A DNA stretch of 63,014 bases, filler included, from Globobulimina sp. (taxonomy: Eukaryota): assembly GCA_003354225.1 (NCBI GenBank). It is 24 parts of 24 records of this genome, joined end to end, with 100 filler letters (N's around TTAATTAATTAA, not from the genome) between each part and the next. Parts side by side here need not be neighbours in the genome. Positions count along the whole stretch, not along the records: positions 60,487 to 63,014 come from PIVH01006161.1; 23 more parts are not named here. One strand, written 5' to 3'. This document shows positions 60,502 through 63,014 of this stretch, in pieces (position 1 is the stretch's first letter; each line of letters begins with the position of its first letter). The translations under genes were made by a program, and so were the position numbers. The notes beneath the pieces are model-generated. The model searched no databases. It was not told the origin of the DNA and was given only the letters and a program-made list of their open reading frames with translations.

Positions 60502-63014
60502 GTGGTAATATTTTGTTTGCCAAAGAAAAGTGGTGTGTAAAAGTTGGCGTTGACTCCTGTTTGGATGATCCGGATAATTCTTATATTACCACAACATTAT
60601 GTGCTCCAGGTACTGTATTTTATAATTTATATATATATTCTTTATATATTATCCTAATTCCAGGCTATTGTTGTAGTGGCGATAGATGCAAATTTCCGAA
60701 TAGATTTGATTATCCAGAAAAAGACGATTTGAACGATATAAATTATGATGAATGTAACCCGAATATTAATGAAACCAATGGCACGGACTCAAGACGGAGA
60801 TTACAAGAAGCAGCTGATACTGAATCAGAATCAGAATCACTTATTTATGCCAACAGTACTGGTATTCGATTATGTGCACCTAACCGTGATCCAAGTGTGC
60901 CAATGTGTGGTGCGTGTTTGCCGGGTTATTATGAAACATTATCGTCTGCAGGCAATTGTGCCCTATGCGATGAGCCCGGAGCCTCAAACGAATGGATAGT
61001 CCCGGCAGGATTTGTAGTTTGTTTTGGTATCTGCTATTTCTTTTTCTTTATGGGCAAACGAGAAAGTTCCGTACCACATCCGGCCATGACTTACGCATCG
61101 AAAACACTATTATTTTTCTATCAGATTTTAACTTTTTTAACATTTCGATCCTCATTGCAAGTGATTAAGCCCTTGGCCGAATTGGTTAACCTTAATTTTG
61201 ATGTATCTGAAGATGGAACCTGTTTATTTAAAAAAGTAACTTCAAGACAGAAATTATGGTTAAATTTATTAACTCCTGGCATAATTACATTCGATTTGAT
61301 ATTGTTGTTAGGCGGCGTCATGTTAAAACATTTCAGACGAAGAAGAAACGAAACCTATAAGGAAGAGGACTGGGCCAAGGATGAATTAGCAATGCAATCC
61401 GCGTTTTGGAGTATATTTATGATTATCTATGTACAGATTACCAGTGCATTTATTAAGTTATCCATATGTTACCCATTTGGTGATTCCAGCTATATGTGGT
61501 ACGCCGGTGATGTCCAATGTTATGATGTCTGGCATGTATTTTGTCTGATTATCACTGCATTATTAATATTTTTCATTCCATTCGCTATTTTCCGTGCAAT
61601 GAAATGGTACAAACAACACCGCCCCGACGCGTATACATCGATATTTGCACCATTAATATTATGTTATTCCGAGAAAACGTGGTATTATACGCCATTCAAT
61701 GTGTTTCGCAGAGCCATCTTAATTGTGTTGCCATCTGTGCCTACCAATGAGTTATCTATTCGTGCCACATTGTCCTCATTCACAATGGGCTCCTTATTGT
61801 GCGTACATTGCTATTTAATGCCGTTCAAATGGACCGCCAATAATCACTTAGAAACCTTTGTTTTGTTATGCGGTTTCTTCATTGCAACATTAAACATTAC
61901 CGATGATCCGCCAGAATTCTTTCCTTATGTAATTGCTATATTATCCATGGTTCCATTATTGCCGGTTCTCCCTTTATTTCATGACTTTGTCAAGTTGAAA
62001 GGAAAAGCGCTGACTGACAAATTGAGTCTTAATTTTGAATTTGTATGGCAAGATGAACTGGATGACGATGAGTATGAGTATGAGGATGGCGATGGCGAAG
62101 ATGCACAAGATATGCATAAAGCAGCTGCGACAGATACCGCTCCGATACTCGCAAAACAAAGTTCAGAGTCTGACTCAGTGATTGGTGATGGTGGCCATGG
62201 CGATACAGGCAATCTAAACTTACCCGGCGATGTTATCGAACCCCAACTAACCATAGAAATGGTGGGTATGGATGAAAAAGATGGAGAAAATATTTATGAA
62301 GGTACGAGTGCGCAGACACAACCTGCAAAAGTACAGTTAACGCAATTAAAAGATGCACCGGATACCGCCAACAAAGAAGATAAACAATGGTCGATCCCAT
62401 GGTTTGGTGGTAAGTCATTGGCTGTGGTCAAAAAACAAAATAACAGTATTGATATTGATGAAGATATTGAAAATGATGAGGTGGAAACGAAACGCGATGA
62501 GGATGGTGATGGTGATGCGTCTGAGGAGAAGGCAGAAGTTGAAGTTGATACACATTTTGGTACAGAATATGAATTTGGGGACCGCACAGTGCCAAAATGG
62601 TTAATTTCATGGTTCTCCAAACAAAAAAAAACCAAAGAAGAAGAGGAAGAGGAAGCAAAATATAATGATGAATCTGAAGACTTTGAGGTGGAGGAGGAGG
62701 AGGATGAGAGAGTCGGAGATGTACAAACCGTGGGAAAATATAAAATATCCCGCAGGCACTCCTTCCATGCGGGACACAAATATGATGGGGACACATTGCG
62801 ACGTTTGGAACAAGAATTTGAATTAGAAAAACAAATGAAACGTAAATATATTGATCAAGAAGATGAGAATGAAGAAAAAATGGATCAACTTCCAGTGGAA
62901 GATTGGAATAATTTTTATACCACAAAAACAACGCTTAATCTGACGCCAATGCAATCAGTGGAGGCTTCAGATGTGGATGAAAAAATAGATGAGGATGAGA
63001 TTGATAGATTGTTA
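60502..63014 (+). CDS. Large membrane protein: Cys-rich ectodomain, multi-TM domain and acidic tail (intron 60610-60663); partial and absent from the ORF track because no stop is reached
   Basis: Read by eye: CAPGYCC...LCAPNR...MCGACLPGY...LLFFYQ...YAGDVQCY...WY...RR...PFK..ANN.LE; typical of protist Cys-rich multi-TM (TRP_C-like) proteins. Confidence 0.75.

Noticed and set aside
1-63014. Global alternative genetic code
   Set aside because: TAA, TAG and TGA all end genes at plausible positions, and long ORFs translate well with the standard code.

Overview
This is not one locus. It is 24 unrelated contigs of about 2.53 kb (2532 to 2528 bp, sorted by length), joined by 23 artificial 100-nt linkers (N44-TTAATTAATTAA-N44), so nothing can be inferred from adjacency across linkers. 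The DNA is eukaryotic: AT-rich, with many short GT-AG introns (mostly 54-74 nt) that restore conserved frames, and genes for Piezo, a YEATS protein, importin-alpha, a THOC6-like WD40 protein, an ELMO/FHOD-type protein, Golgi glycosyl/sulfotransferases and LINE retrotransposons. The gene style most resembles Foraminifera (inference). Best candidate for a novel system: contig 10526-13056 has a perfect 54-nt terminal overlap, i.e. a 2,477-bp circle or tandem unit. It carries two receptor-like membrane genes and no replication or transposition gene, and its non-coding junction is a 46/47-bp inverted-repeat pair with 18-bp palindromes around a 132-bp spacer. Other notable items: a PLD/Nuc nuclease fused to a PUA/EVE-like domain; a tRNA-like element lacking a normal anticodon loop, followed by hairpins with variable triplets; an archaeal PhoU-regulator-like fragment fused to a eukaryotic MATE gene; a sulfotransferase-GT17 fusion; a degenerate ADP-ribosyltransferase-like protein; and several conserved genes with in-frame TGA codons, frameshifts or a non-canonical splice acceptor. 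All family assignments are from motif recognition by eye; no searches were run.
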